From Methanothermus fervidus DSM 2088 (GTDB lineage: Archaea; Methanobacteriota; Methanobacteria; DSM-2088; Methanothermaceae), in contig CP002278.1 in NCBI GenBank assembly GCA_000166095.1, positions 1,211,343-1,243,342 of the forward strand: a DNA stretch of 32,000 nt, in the 5' to 3' direction. This document shows positions 31,967 through 32,000 of this stretch, piece after piece; the first letter of the stretch is position 1; each line of letters opens with the position of its first letter. The position numbers and the translations under genes were made by a program. Below the pieces are notes generated by a model. It was not told where the DNA came from. It saw only the letters and a list, made by a program, of their open reading frames with translations, and searched no databases.

Positions 31967-32000
31967 TTATTTACACCTCAAAAACTATTTGCGAAAAATT

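Overview
AT-rich (~1/3 GC), gene-dense archaeal window, most likely from a methanogen of the Methanobacteriales type. The lineage is an inference from AtwA (methyl-CoM reductase component A2), DUF2124, an MJ1244-type PII-like protein, archaeosine TGT, SRP19 and archaeal NAC. Most of it is housekeeping: arginine, cobamide/tetrapyrrole and purine biosynthesis, HypE, NadM, MoaE, UbiX, and one tRNA-Tyr. I see no CRISPR array, transposon or prophage. Best leads: (1) a tightly packed six-gene minus-strand operon (14511->8117): MnmC-like methyltransferase, archaeosine TGT, NAC, calcineurin-like phosphodiesterase, Zc3h12a-type NYN nuclease, and a membrane protein with two tandem GCH-III/GGDEF-like palm domains, the first degenerate. 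This resembles a nucleotide-signal/RNase/phosphodiesterase module placed next to translation genes. (2) A well-formed C/D-box guide RNA candidate just upstream of that operon. (3) A complete SRP19 gene absent from the ORF track because it appears to start at ATT. (4) A surface-protein gene split by a frameshift, with an IPVTG sorting-like tail and a start/Shine-Dalgarno/TATA arrangement that does not fit its first ATG. (5) Convergent gene pairs that overlap repeatedly. All family assignments come from motif recognition by eye; no database search was run.
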